Numbered from the stretch's first letter, positions 1 to 9,350 are shown. The stretch is 64,000 nucleotides of DNA from Candidatus Dormiibacterota bacterium (GCA_963718525.1 OY970355.1:32001-96000), one strand, 5' to 3'. The notes: generated by a model not told the origin, from the sequence alone. Numbers and translations: made by a program.

Positions 1-1685
1 GCGGCCACCTGGGGGTTGTTCAGGATCACCATCATGGTGAACTGCGGGTTGGTGGCCGGCATGAACCCGACGAACGAGGCCACGACGTTCGGGCCATAGC
101 CTCCCCCATTCGGCAGCGCCACCTGGGCTGTCCCGGTCTTGCCGGCGATCTCCGCGCTGTAGCCGGGGATCTTGGCGCGCTTGCCCTCGGCACCGGGATC
201 GTTGACCACACCGACCATCATGTGCGCGAGGGTATTCGCAGCGGTGGCCGAGATGACGCGGCGGGTCACGGGGACGAAGGGCGTGGTCTTGCCGGTGTTG
301 GGGTTGACGATGTCATTGACGACGTGCGGCTGCACCCACACCCCGCCGTTGGCGATGGCGTTCACGGCGGCCAGCATCTGCACGGGCGTGGTCACGAGGC
401 CCTGGCCGAACGTCGCCTCGGCGTACTTGAGGGCGCCCCAGGACGAGGAGGGAGCCAGCGGGTTGCTGACCTCGCCGGCCAGGTCGATCCCGGTCGGTGC
501 GCCGATACCGAAGGCGAGGAGGTTGTTGTAGAAGGCGTTCTGCCCCTCCATCTTCATGGCATCGATCGCGCCGTTGTTCAACGAATCGTCGAGCACCCAC
601 TGCATGCTGACGTTGCCGTGCGAGCGCCGGTCCCAGTCATGGATGAGATATCCATCGATGCGCTGCTGCTTCTCGTCGATCACCGTGGCCGGCGTGAAGG
701 CGTTGTTGTTGAGGCCACCCGCGAAGGTGACGACCTTCATGATCGACCCGGGTTCGTATGGCTGGCTCACCGCCAGGTCCCGGAAGTCGGCGATGTTGCC
801 GGATGTGTAGGTGTTCGCGTTGTACGACGGGTACTGCGCCCACGCGTCAATGGCCCCCGTCTTGGTATCCATGATCATCAGCGTGCCCGACGAGGACTTG
901 GATGAGATCACGCCGTCGGCGAGCGCCAGGTCGGCCCAGTACTGCGTTTGCGAGTCGAGCCCGAGCTGCAGGTTATCGCCATTTGCGGCAGGAACCATCT
1001 GCTGCTGACCGAGTACGATGGCGTTGCCGTTGACGTCGGTCAAGGTCAACTCATGTCCATTCACGCCTGACAGGATCGAGTTGTAGTACCCCTCGAGACC
1101 GTACTGGCCGACACCGGCGGCGTTCACGAACCCGAGCAGGTTCGCCGCGAAGGAGTCACCCGGAACGGGTGAGGGCTCGTAGACGGTCTGCTCTGATGGG
1201 ATTGTCCCCAGGCCACTGAGTCCGAGCGCCTGGAGCTTGTCGTTGACGTCCTGGGACACACCCTTCGCGAGGTAGTCGAATTGGTTGGGCTGATCCAGCA
1301 CACGCAGCACCTGCGCCGAGGTGACCTGTAGGATCGGGGCGAGCATCCCCGCAACCTGGTCGCGATTGGCGGCGGGGATGAGGGCCGGGTCGGCGAACAC
1401 GTCGAACACCTGGACATTGCTCACCAGGACCCGCCCATTCCGGTCGAGGATCACACCGCGCGTCGCGTGCAGCGTGATCGATGTCGTGTGCGACGCGGCG
1501 GCAGCGTGCGCGAGCGCCTTTCCCTGGATGATCTGGACCTGGATCAGGCGGCCGAACACCGCGGTTGCCATGGCGAGAAAGGCGAGGACCAACCAGAGCC
1601 CGCGCCGGCGCAGATCGGGTCCGTCAGTGAAGGCGTGCGCGTGCGCGGATCGTGCCGATCCCGGCGATCGGCGACGCGGGTTCAT
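1..1685 (-). CDS. ftsI: Class B penicillin-binding protein (FtsI/PBP3-like transpeptidase), 3' end outside window
   Basis: Translated by hand from ATG at 1685 (ATGA overlap with the ftsL stop): N-terminal TM helix, RGVILDRNG, YEPGSIMK (SxxK), SLN (SxN) and IAGKTGTAQ (KTG), all in one frame. Position in the dcw cluster agrees. Confidence 0.93.
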   Translation of the reverse strand, partial: MNPRRRSPGSARSAHAHAFTDGPDLRRRGLWLVLAFLAMATAVFGRLIQVQIIQGKALAHAAAASHTTSITLHATRGVILDRNGRVLVSNVQVFDVFADPALIPAANRDQVAGMLAPILQVTSAQVLRVLDQPNQFDYLAKGVSQDVNDKLQALGLSGLGTIPSEQTVYEPSPVPGDSFAANLLGFVNAAGVGQYGLEGYYNSILSGVNGHELTLTDVNGNAIVLGQQQMVPAANGDNLQLGLDSQTQYWADLALADGVISSKSSSGTLMIMDTKTGAIDAWAQYPSYNANTYTSGNIADFRDLAVSQPYEPGSIMKVVTFAGGLNNNAFTPATVIDEKQQRIDGYLIHDWDRRSHGNVSMQWVLDDSLNNGAIDAMKMEGQNAFYNNLLAFGIGAPTGIDLAGEVSNPLAPSSSWGALKYAEATFGQGLVTTPVQMLAAVNAIANGGVWVQPHVVNDIVNPNTGKTTPFVPVTRRVISATAANTLAHMMVGVVNDPGAEGKRAKIPGYSAEIAGKTGTAQVALPNGGGYGPNVVASFVGFMPATNPQFTMMVILNNPQVA

Positions 1686-2179
1686 CGACCCGTACCGCTC
1701 CCGCCGAAGGCGCCATCAAGGGCGCCCACCAGCTGCTGCAAGGCGCTGTTCGTGTCGCTCCCGGTCAGCTGTTCCGCGGGAGGCGACGTGATCACCGTGT
1801 TGGGCGCAGCGGCGACGAATCCCCACTTTGCAGCCGGGCGCATGCCCATCTCCTGCGCTGCGGCGATGATCCGCTCGGACAACTCGAGGCGCGAGAGCTC
1901 GGCGTTGAGCTGAGAGTTCTGAGCGACAAGTTGTTGCTGCTGCGACGCGAGCCGCGTCGCCTGATACGTGGCAGTCGTGACGTGCGCCGTCTGGTTGACG
2001 TAGGCGACGCCGATTCCCGCGGCGACCGCGATCACCGGCAGCAACGGCAGCGGTGTGCGTGGTCCGCCGCGGCGGATGCGAAGCCGCCGAACCAGCGGCT
2101 CGAAGGGGACGTCGTCGACGCCGGCAGCCGTCGGAGTCGACGCGCGGTCGACGCCGTGTGCGAAACGCAAATTGGGCAC
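1682..2179 (-). CDS. ftsL: FtsL-like cell division protein (TM helix plus coiled coil)
   Basis: Lies between rsmH and ftsI. TM segment followed by a heptad coiled coil and ERIIAAAQEMGMRP; GGAG upstream of the GTG start. Confidence 0.75.
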   Translation of the reverse strand: MPNLRFAHGVDRASTPTAAGVDDVPFEPLVRRLRIRRGGPRTPLPLLPVIAVAAGIGVAYVNQTAHVTTATYQATRLASQQQQLVAQNSQLNAELSRLELSERIIAAAQEMGMRPAAKWGFVAAAPNTVITSPPAEQLTGSDTNSALQQLVGALDGAFGGSGTGR

Positions 2180-2260
2180 TGCCCTGGTCTCCAGTGGTGA
2201 AACGTTGAGTGGGACGATGGAGGGGCACCCGACGGTGCCGGCCGGCGAACGCGGGGTGGC

Positions 2261-2291
2261 GGGGGGAGCCGCGCCTGGCGCGGCTCCCCCC
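2261..2291. repeat. Perfect 15-bp-arm palindrome between rsmH and ftsL
   Basis: GGGGGGAGCCGCGCC-T-GGCGCGGCTCCCCCC, read directly from the sequence. Confidence 0.9.
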
Positions 2292-2329
2292 TGGGGCGCG
2301 AAGTGAGGCGAAAGCGACTGAGGCGCTCG

Positions 2330-3346
2330 TCACCCCTCGGTGGCGAGCTTCTCCGCAACCCGCAGACGGGCCGAGCGTGACCTCGGGTTCGTGGCAAGTT
2401 CGGCCGGATCCGGCCGAATCACCTTGCGGGTGAGGAGAAAAAGAGTGGCCCGGTGGACGCAGGTGCAGTGGGGCTGTTGGGGCGGACAGACACAATTCTG
2501 AGCTGCGACGTGGAGTGCGTTCTTGACAAGGGTGTCCTCGAGAGAGTGAAAGGAGATGACCCCAAGACGCCCACCGGGCCGGAGGATGCTGATTGCTGCC
2601 TGCAGACCTCGTTCGAGGCTTTCCAGCTCGTGATTCACCGCGATGCGGAGCGCCTGGAATGTGCGCGTCGCCGGATGAATCCGCTTCGGCCAGAACCGCC
2701 GAGGCACCACCTGCTCCACGAGCTCACGGAGCTGCGTGGTGGTGGTGATCGGCGAGTGCTCTCGTGCTCTGACGATCCGGTTGGCGATCGATCGTGCGAA
2801 TCGCTCGTCGCCGTAGTCTCGGATCATCGATGTCAGCTCGTCCGCGGTGAGCGAGTCGACGAGATGGGCGGCGGTCATGCCGGAGCTCGGATTCATGCGC
2901 ATGTCGAGCGGCCCGTCGAAGCGGAAGCTGAAACCACGGGCCGGGTCGTCGAGCTGGAGCGACGAGATGCCGAGGTCGAAGACGACGACGTCCGCTGCCG
3001 TCACGCCGGTGGCGTGGACGATGGCCTCGAGGTCGGCGAAATCACCCTGGACGATCTCGACGTCGTCGCGGCCGCCGAGGCGGGCGCGGCCAGCGTCGAC
3101 AGCGCTCTGATCGCGATCGATCGCGATCACCCGGCCGCCCGGGGAGACGCGCTCGAGGAGCGCGGACGTGACCCCGCCGGCGCCGAACGTGGCGTCGACG
3201 GCAATCTGCCCGGGCCGGGGCTGCAGGCTCTCTATGAGGGGTGTGAGAAGGACCGGCCGGTGGCCCGCGCCGTCAGGCGACGGGATACCGGGCGTGGCGC
3301 CGTCGCGAGTCCCCGTGCCGGCCACGAACAACAGGGGGATGGTCAT
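2330..3346 (-). CDS. rsmH: 16S rRNA m4C1402 methyltransferase RsmH (MraW)
   Basis: HRPVLL, DATFGAGG, DLGISSLQLD, RGFSF, PLDMRM, HPATRTFQALRIAVN and NPRSRSARLR motifs. Confidence 0.97.
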   Translation of the reverse strand: MTIPLLFVAGTGTRDGATPGIPSPDGAGHRPVLLTPLIESLQPRPGQIAVDATFGAGGVTSALLERVSPGGRVIAIDRDQSAVDAGRARLGGRDDVEIVQGDFADLEAIVHATGVTAADVVVFDLGISSLQLDDPARGFSFRFDGPLDMRMNPSSGMTAAHLVDSLTADELTSMIRDYGDERFARSIANRIVRAREHSPITTTTQLRELVEQVVPRRFWPKRIHPATRTFQALRIAVNHELESLERGLQAAISILRPGGRLGVISFHSLEDTLVKNALHVAAQNCVCPPQQPHCTCVHRATLFLLTRKVIRPDPAELATNPRSRSARLRVAEKLATEG

Positions 3347-3373
3347 GTGGCTCTGCGAATCCGTCTGGGGCGC

Positions 3374-3829
3374 TCACGCCGGAGACGGAGATGCGGACGT
3401 GCCGCGCTGGTGCACCAGGTCCCAGACCTGGGTGAACTCGTCGGGGTCCAGCTCGGATTGCTGGTTCCAGATTTCCTCGGCGGTGATCTCGACGCCGGTG
3501 TCGAGCCCGACGAAGACAGCCATGTCGGCGATCTGGGCGAAAGCCCGGTGGTGGCCCGAGAGGAGCAGGCGACCCTGCGCGTCGAGCTCGAAGGGGTAGC
3601 TGTTGCCGGTGAGCCGGCGCATGAACCGCCGTTCCTGGGCGGGCGTCTCAGCGGTGCGACGGAAGAGCTCCTTCTGGATCGCCCACTCATCGGGGGGCCA
3701 GATCATGAGACGCCGATCCGGCCCTGGGGCGACCACGCTGCCGTCGGGAAGGAATCGGCGCAGCGGGGCAGGGATCGCTACCCTTCCCTTCTCATCGACA
3801 TGGTGCCGGTAGGTTCCACAGAACGTCAC
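3374..3829 (-). CDS. mraZ: Division/cell wall cluster transcriptional repressor MraZ
   Basis: Two DxxGR motifs (VDEKGRVAIP, LDAQGRLLL). Start placed at GTG 3829 behind a GAGGTG RBS, because the longer ORF start lies inside the operator. Confidence 0.95.
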   Translation of the reverse strand: MTFCGTYRHHVDEKGRVAIPAPLRRFLPDGSVVAPGPDRRLMIWPPDEWAIQKELFRRTAETPAQERRFMRRLTGNSYPFELDAQGRLLLSGHHRAFAQIADMAVFVGLDTGVEITAEEIWNQQSELDPDEFTQVWDLVHQRGTSASPSPA

Positions 3830-3881
3830 CGGAACACGCACCTCGACTCGCGCCTGCTCGAGCCTCTCCGTCGTCACGTCG

Positions 3882-3911
3882 GTTTCCCCACTACTCACCA
3901 CTTTTCTCCAC
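3882..3911 (-). promoter_or_regulatory. MraZ operator (dcw boxes): three GTGG direct repeats at 10-nt period
   Basis: Minus strand reads GTGGAGAAAA-GTGGTGAGTA-GTGGGGAAAC just upstream of mraZ, matching the known MraZ box architecture. Confidence 0.85.
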
Positions 3912-3922
3912 CGGCGCGCCGA

Positions 3923-3951
3923 ACCCTAACACCTGTGTGGTGAGGCGTCAA
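3923..3951 (-). promoter_or_regulatory. Sigma70-type dcw promoter
   Basis: TTGACG-17 nt-TAGGGT on the minus strand, immediately upstream of the MraZ boxes. Confidence 0.75.
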
Positions 3952-3991
3952 CGCAAACAAATGTACGCATCACGCCTGCGCGGAACGGTCG

Positions 3992-4699
3992 TCAGACGTC
4001 GAATCGAGGCGTTTCGTTGAGCAGGGTGGACAGGTCGGCTCCGCCGGTGACCTCGGTGGGATCGCCGCCTCGCCGGAAGAGGAGCGCCCCACCTGTCCCC
4101 CGGAGGTGCATCGCCGGGCCGTCGACCTCCAGCCAGCTCTGCTCGCGAAGCGCAATGACACAGGCGTCGTTCTCCTCGAGGAACTCCCGCAGACGCTCCT
4201 CGCGGGTCTCGCCGATGCGTGCCTCGGGCGGTGGCGGATCGATGTAGTGGGGGTTGATCTGGAAGGGCACCAGGTCGAACGCCGCGAAGCTCGGCGGCTG
4301 CACGATGGGCATGTCGTTGGTGGTTCGGATCGTCGGGCATGCGACGTTGGCTCCCGCGCTGGCGCCGATGTACGGGACGCCACCGTCGATCGCGGATCGA
4401 ACGGTCTCGATCAACGAGAGTCGGTGCAGCGCGTTGACCAGCCGGAAGCTGTTGCCGCCGGTCACGAAGATCGCCTCGGCGGCCGCGATCGCCGCTTGGG
4501 GATCGTCAGCGGCATGGATCCCGGTGATCTCGACACCCTCCGGTGCGAGCCACTCCTGGAATCGCTCGGTGGCGCGATCATGGTCGCTCTGCGCGTACGG
4601 GATCATCACCGCCCGGCGTGCGCCGCGCAGATGCTCGACCACCGATGATCGAGCGGATCTGGCATCACCGCCGGCGTGCAGCAGCAACCGTCTGTGCAT
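3992..4699 (-). CDS. pepE: Dipeptidase E (peptidase S51)
   Basis: GGNSFRL, GASAGAN (catalytic Ser), RTTNDMP, FQINPHY and GETREERLREF motifs. Start approximate (4699 or 4714). Confidence 0.93.
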   Translation of the reverse strand: MHRRLLLHAGGDARSARSSVVEHLRGARRAVMIPYAQSDHDRATERFQEWLAPEGVEITGIHAADDPQAAIAAAEAIFVTGGNSFRLVNALHRLSLIETVRSAIDGGVPYIGASAGANVACPTIRTTNDMPIVQPPSFAAFDLVPFQINPHYIDPPPPEARIGETREERLREFLEENDACVIALREQSWLEVDGPAMHLRGTGGALLFRRGGDPTEVTGGADLSTLLNETPRFDV

Positions 4700-4759
4700 G
4701 AGCGCGATCTCCATGGCGAGGGTGGCGTGGACGAGCAGGCCCAGAGGATAAACTCGAGT

Positions 4760-5137
4760 GGCAAGCCGGCCAGACGGTCGCGGACGTTCGCGTCCGAGGA
4801 AAGTCCGGGCTCCGCAGAGCAGGGCGCTGGGTAACGCCCAGTCGGGGTGACCCGAAGGAGAGTGCCACAGAAAAGACACAGCCCCGGATCCGTCCGGGGC
4901 AATGGTGAAATGGTGGGGTAAGAGCCCACCGGCGGCCGGGTGACCGGCCGGCCAGGTAAACCCCGCCCGGAGCAAGGCCGAACAGAGACCGAGCGCTTCG
5001 GCGCTCAGGAGTTGCTCGCTCCCCGTGTCTCAGGTGGGCCGCTCGAGGCGCCGGGCAACCGGCGTCCCAGATGGATGACCGTCCCTCGCCTGCCGCGCAG
5101 ATGAGGACAGAACCCGGCTTATCGGCCGGCTTGCACT
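4760..5137 (+). ncRNA. rnpB: RNase P RNA, bacterial type A
   Basis: GAGGAAAGTCCGGGCTCC and ACAGAACCCGGCTTA universal motifs; P1 pairing of GCAAGCCGGCC (4761-4771) with GGCCGGCTTGC (5124-5134); TAAACT -10 at 4749-4754. Confidence 0.98.
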
Positions 5138-5141
5138 TCCT

Positions 5142-6038
5142 TCACGAGCCCAGCAGCTGTGCGACTGTCGCCTCGCCGTTGCTCAGCAGCCCCGCCGCCG
5201 GCAGCCGTTGCAGGAGCTCACGCCAACCCGGTTCGCGCGTGGCGATATCGGCGAGCAGTGCCTTTCCGTCCTCCACCCGGCCCGCGTCGGCCATGAGAAT
5301 CGCCGCCCAGAAGGTCGCCTCGTCGTTGCCGGTGAGGAGCGTGCGCGCCTGCTCGTACGCCTCGAGGCTCCCACTCATGTCTCCTGCGACCTGTCGCTGC
5401 TCGGCGATCTCCATGCGCTGGTAGCCACGATGCACGCAGAGCAGACGCCGCAGCTCACCGAGCGGGTCCTGCGCATCGTCGACGCGCAGGTCGACGACGC
5501 GATCCTGCCATGGTTGGCCGGAACTTGAGGCCCTGACGATCAGCATGGCCGCCGACTGACGGCCGCGGATGTCCCCGCCGGCCGCTTCGGCGGCATCGAG
5601 GGCTGCCATCAGCCGATCAGCAAGGTCGCCACTCGTTGCGCGGTACGCCTCGAGCATCGCCGGCCAGACCTCCGGGCCGCGCATCATGTTCGCCTGGCAC
5701 GACACCGCGTCGCCGGTCACGTGTCCGGCGGCCGCAATGCACTGGTCGCCGGTGTGCACGGCGACACGTCCCGCCGCATCGACGAATGCAACCTGGCGGT
5801 GGCGCTGGTCGGAGTCCGCACTGGTCAGCGCTGCAAGCGCGGTCGCCGGGTCGACGCCGAGGCGCATGAGCGCCAGGCCTCGGGGCCCGTATGCTGGCTC
5901 CGCAATCGACTGCGTCGCGATCGCGCCGACGCCGGACTCCGCCCAGGTGACGACCGACCCCACCGAGAACCAGTGCGATTGCACAGCGACGCCCAGGTCG
6001 CCGGTCTGCGCGTCTCGCGCCACGATCGAATAGGTCAT
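5142..6038 (-). CDS. DUF1028 (Ntn-hydrolase-like) protein with C-terminal TPR-like helices
   Basis: MTYSIVARD...LGVAVQSHWFSVG, GAIATQS and AGGDIRGRQSAA motifs, then a helical TPR-like tail. Confidence 0.88.
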   Translation of the reverse strand: MTYSIVARDAQTGDLGVAVQSHWFSVGSVVTWAESGVGAIATQSIAEPAYGPRGLALMRLGVDPATALAALTSADSDQRHRQVAFVDAAGRVAVHTGDQCIAAAGHVTGDAVSCQANMMRGPEVWPAMLEAYRATSGDLADRLMAALDAAEAAGGDIRGRQSAAMLIVRASSSGQPWQDRVVDLRVDDAQDPLGELRRLLCVHRGYQRMEIAEQRQVAGDMSGSLEAYEQARTLLTGNDEATFWAAILMADAGRVEDGKALLADIATREPGWRELLQRLPAAGLLSNGEATVAQLLGS

Positions 6039-6481
6039 TGCGCCCTGCCTCCGCCGCTGCGAGCGGCCATGATCCGCTGTGTCTCCTCCACCGCGAGGCT
6101 GTCAACTCGTTCGTTGCCAGGGTGGCCGCTGTGGCCGCGAACGTGCTCGAAACGAACCCGAGAGTCGACGAGCGGGTCGATGGTCGGATAGAGGTCGAGG
6201 TTCTTCTTGCGCTTCCACGCCCGGGTCAGCCAGTTGATGACACCGAGACTATCGGTGCGCACGACGATCCGCCAGGAGGGGTCGTCACCGATACGCGCTC
6301 GAATGCGGCGCAGGGCTTCCCGAACCGCCTTCAGCTCCTCGCGATTGTTGGTCGTCTCGATGTCGCCGCCTGCGTCCTCATCGACGCCGCCGTCAGGCCA
6401 CTCGATCCGGTAGGCCCACGCCCCGGCACCCGGGTTCCCGGAGCATGCTCCGTCGGTGTACGCAATCACCGTCGCGGTCAT
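6035..6481 (-). CDS. rnhA: Ribonuclease HI
   Basis: YTDGACSGNPG, TTNNREEL, TDS and HVRGHSGHPGNERVDSLA motifs. ATG 6481 overlaps the upstream stop. Confidence 0.95.
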   Translation of the reverse strand: MTATVIAYTDGACSGNPGAGAWAYRIEWPDGGVDEDAGGDIETTNNREELKAVREALRRIRARIGDDPSWRIVVRTDSLGVINWLTRAWKRKKNLDLYPTIDPLVDSRVRFEHVRGHSGHPGNERVDSLAVEETQRIMAARSGGGRAQ

Positions 6482-7173
6482 GGCGCGAGGATGCGATCGC
6501 AATTCGCGCACTGCGTCAGCCCGGTGCCGGTGCGCACCGCGCGCCGCTCCTCGTTCGACACCGGCATGTGGCAGCCCGCGCAGAACTCGCCCGCGAGATG
6601 GGTGACGGCCGGACGCCGATGAGCCGCAATCCGTTCGTAGAGCGAGAGATCGGCAGGGTCCACATCGGCGCGCACAGCATCCCGTTCGGCAGTGAGCACC
6701 TGGCGCTCTGCGGTCGTCGCCGCAAGACGTGCACGCAGTGGCTCGATCGCGCCGCTGCGCTGCGCTTCGCGCTCGGCGAGATTTGCGGAGACGTTCTGCA
6801 GCGTCGCGAGCGATCCGTCAACCTCCTCCATGCGTTCGAGCGCGGCGTCCTCGGCTGTCGACAATCTGCTGCGCATCGCGTCCAGCTCGCGCTGCATCTC
6901 CATCAGCTCGGCGGGGTTGCGCACCGTGCCGCCGTAGAGTTTCCGGTCCAGCTCTCGAATGCGCTCCTGGAGCGAGGCGGCCTCGAGCTCGGCGAGCCGT
7001 GCGCTCGCGCCGAGCTTCTGATGTTCGTCGCGGGCTGTGGCTTCCGCAGCCCGCATGCGATCGAGTTCCGCATCCCCTTCCAGTGATGCCTGGACGCCGG
7101 CGATGTCATGGGTGAGGGTCGCGATTCGATCGTCGATCTGCTGCAGGCTCAGGAGCGCCGACGCGCGACTCAT
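6478..7173 (-). CDS. Coiled-coil protein with C4-type zinc ribbon (DUF164/CT398-like)
   Basis: LQQIDDRI start, long coiled coil, then CAGCHM and CANCDRIL. Confidence 0.88.
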   Translation of the reverse strand: MSRASALLSLQQIDDRIATLTHDIAGVQASLEGDAELDRMRAAEATARDEHQKLGASARLAELEAASLQERIRELDRKLYGGTVRNPAELMEMQRELDAMRSRLSTAEDAALERMEEVDGSLATLQNVSANLAEREAQRSGAIEPLRARLAATTAERQVLTAERDAVRADVDPADLSLYERIAAHRRPAVTHLAGEFCAGCHMPVSNEERRAVRTGTGLTQCANCDRILAP

Positions 7174-8198
7174 GCGGCCGCCTCGTGCGACACGCGCACC
7201 AGCTGTTCCAATGAGCGTCGGGCGGCGCCCGAATCAATCGATTCCCTGGCTACGGCAATCCCGTCGACGAGCGTCGTGACCGCATCGGCCGCTACCAGGA
7301 CCGCGGCGGCGTTGAGCAGCACGACGTCACGGCGCGGTCCGCGTTCGCCGTCGAGGAGGGATCGGATCGTCTCCGCATTGGTGGCCGCATCCCCGCCGCG
7401 AACGGCGTCGAGCGGCGCCGCCTCGAGCCCGACATCCTGTGGATCAAGCACGAATGCGCGAACCCTCTTGGCGGTGACCTCGAAGCATTCGGCGGGACCG
7501 GCGACGCCGAGCTCGTCGACGCCGTCGGGTCCCGTGAACACGAGCGAATGGACGTGTCCCAGTCGACGCAGCACCTCCGCCATCAGGGGCGTCAGCCGGG
7601 CGTTTGCAACGCCGAGCGCCTGGTGGCGCACCCGAGCAGGGTTGGCGAGCGGCCCGAGCACGTTGAACACCGTCCGGATCCCGAGCTCGCGGCGGACAGG
7701 AGCGACATGACGCAACGCGGGGTGAAAGTCGGGTGCGAACAGAAATCCGATCCCGGCCTCGACAACGCATCGGCGAACTCCCTCCGGCGAAAGCGAGATC
7801 ACCACACCGAGTGCTTCGAGGACGTCGGCGCTTCCGCATCGTGATGACGCGGCGCGATTGCCATGCTTGGCAACGGGACACCCGGCACCAGCCGCGACCA
7901 GCGCCGCTGCGGTCGAGATGTTGAAGGTCCCCGCAGCATCGCCACCGGTCCCACACGTATCGACCGCCTCGACAGGCAGTGAGACCGGCGTTGCGTGATC
8001 TCGCATCGACTCGACCATGCCGGCGAGCTCGTCAACGGTCTCACCCTTGGTGCGCAGGGCGGCCACGAGCGCTCCCACCTGAGCGGGTGTCGCCTCCCCC
8101 TCCATCATCGTGTCCATCACCGCACGTGCTGTCCCGACATCCAGCGAGCGCAACGTCACGATGGTCTCGAGTGCCTGCCGCATCGTCTCCTCGCCCAT
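7170..8198 (-). CDS. trpD: Anthranilate phosphoribosyltransferase
   Basis: DTCGTGGD, FNISTA, KHGNRAASSRCGSADVLEALG, FLFAPDFHPA, RTVFNVLGPLANP and GVDEL motifs. Confidence 0.96.
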   Translation of the reverse strand: MGEETMRQALETIVTLRSLDVGTARAVMDTMMEGEATPAQVGALVAALRTKGETVDELAGMVESMRDHATPVSLPVEAVDTCGTGGDAAGTFNISTAAALVAAGAGCPVAKHGNRAASSRCGSADVLEALGVVISLSPEGVRRCVVEAGIGFLFAPDFHPALRHVAPVRRELGIRTVFNVLGPLANPARVRHQALGVANARLTPLMAEVLRRLGHVHSLVFTGPDGVDELGVAGPAECFEVTAKRVRAFVLDPQDVGLEAAPLDAVRGGDAATNAETIRSLLDGERGPRRDVVLLNAAAVLVAADAVTTLVDGIAVARESIDSGAARRSLEQLVRVSHEAAA

Positions 8199-8251
8199 GG
8201 CGGGCGACGGTAGCACCGAGCGTGAGCAGCGCGATCCATATACTCGGATGG

Positions 8252-9058
8252 ATGACCGCGCGCACCCTGGCTCCCTTTGATCCCGACGTCGTCCGGCCGT
8301 GGCACCTCGGCAACGGGCAGCGGGGCGCCCTGCTGATCCATGGGTTCGCGAGCACGCCGCCGGAGTTACGCCGTCTTGGCGAGACCCTCGCGGCGAACGG
8401 GTTCCGGTGTTACGCGCCCGCGCTCCCGGGTCACGGGACGACGCCGGAGGACCTCGAGCGAACCCGCTGGCAGGACTGGGCCGCGTATGTCGCGGCGGCC
8501 TTTGACGAGCTCGCTGCGGAATGCGGCGACGTCGTCGTCGCCGGTCAGTCGATGGGCGGTGCGCTCGCGCTGCACCTGGCGGCACACGACCTTCGTGTCC
8601 GCGCCGTGGCCACGCTCGCCGCGCCGATCTGGTTGAGCGGTCCGCTGCCTGCCTTGCTCCCGCTGATCAAGCGGGTGGTGCGCTGGCACCGCACGGGCGA
8701 CGATGTCGACCTGTGGCATCCCGACGCGGTCGAGGAGTTGTACAGCTATGGCATCCGGCCGACGCGCAGCATTGACGAGCTTCGTCGACTGTGCGCCGCG
8801 GTGCGCAAGGAGCTTGCCGAGATCCGGGCTCCAGTGCTGGTCGTGCACGGGGAGCGGGATCGATCCATCGATCCGCGGTGCGCCCGCGAGATAGCGCGCC
8901 GCCTGGTCGGCAGTGAGGAGGTGCGGCTGCGGCTGCTCCCGCGGAGCGGTCATGCCATCTCCGTCGACGTTGATCGCGACAGCATCAACGCAGAGATCCT
9001 GCAATGGTTCGAGCGCTTCGCACGGCTGGCGCAGGCCCCTGCGACCGCAGGACGATGA
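8252..9058 (+). CDS. Alpha/beta-fold carboxylesterase / monoacylglycerol lipase-like
   Basis: LIHGF, PGHG, GQSMGG nucleophile elbow, HGERD and SGH. Leaderless start after TATACT. Confidence 0.88.
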   Translation: MTARTLAPFDPDVVRPWHLGNGQRGALLIHGFASTPPELRRLGETLAANGFRCYAPALPGHGTTPEDLERTRWQDWAAYVAAAFDELAAECGDVVVAGQSMGGALALHLAAHDLRVRAVATLAAPIWLSGPLPALLPLIKRVVRWHRTGDDVDLWHPDAVEELYSYGIRPTRSIDELRRLCAAVRKELAEIRAPVLVVHGERDRSIDPRCAREIARRLVGSEEVRLRLLPRSGHAISVDVDRDSINAEILQWFERFARLAQAPATAGR

Positions 9059-9059
9059 G

Positions 9060-9350
9060 TCAGCTGGAATCGCGATCGGATTCCAGCAGCCGCGCTGCGA
9101 GCGCCGGGTCGATCACTGGATTCTCGAGAGGTCCCGCATCGAGATCTCGATGACGCTTCGACGTATGGCGTTGTGGCGCCTGGCTGGTTTCGCGCGCCGC
9201 GTCACGGATGACATCACCGCAGCCGGCACAGCGGAGCACCGCGGCCGATGTTCCCCTGCCCGCATATTCGCGGTGCGAGAAGCGCAGCTCACCGCCACAG
9301 TGCGCGCAGCGCCGCCGCGGCTTGGCTTCGCGCGGAGTCTCGGCGTTCAT
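9060..9350 (-). CDS. Small hypothetical zinc-ribbon protein (CAHC...CAGC)
   Basis: 96 aa with two CxxC pairs; TACGCT hexamer 7 nt before the ATG. Confidence 0.6.
   Translation of the reverse strand: MNAETPREAKPRRRCAHCGGELRFSHREYAGRGTSAAVLRCAGCGDVIRDAARETSQAPQRHTSKRHRDLDAGPLENPVIDPALAARLLESDRDSS

Noticed and set aside
3830-3901. Longer mraZ start at 3901
   Set aside because: It starts inside the MraZ operator repeats; an RBS supports GTG 3829.
2453-3943. 496-aa plus-strand ORF and similar long ORFs (11401-12768, 35791-37218, 46743-48053, 48704-49990)
   Set aside because: These are antisense or alternate-frame shadows of recognised genes, expected in GC-rich DNA, and carry no family motifs.
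4700-4975. N-terminal extension of the 327-aa pepE ORF
   Set aside because: It runs antisense through the RNase P RNA gene; PepE similarity begins near 4699.
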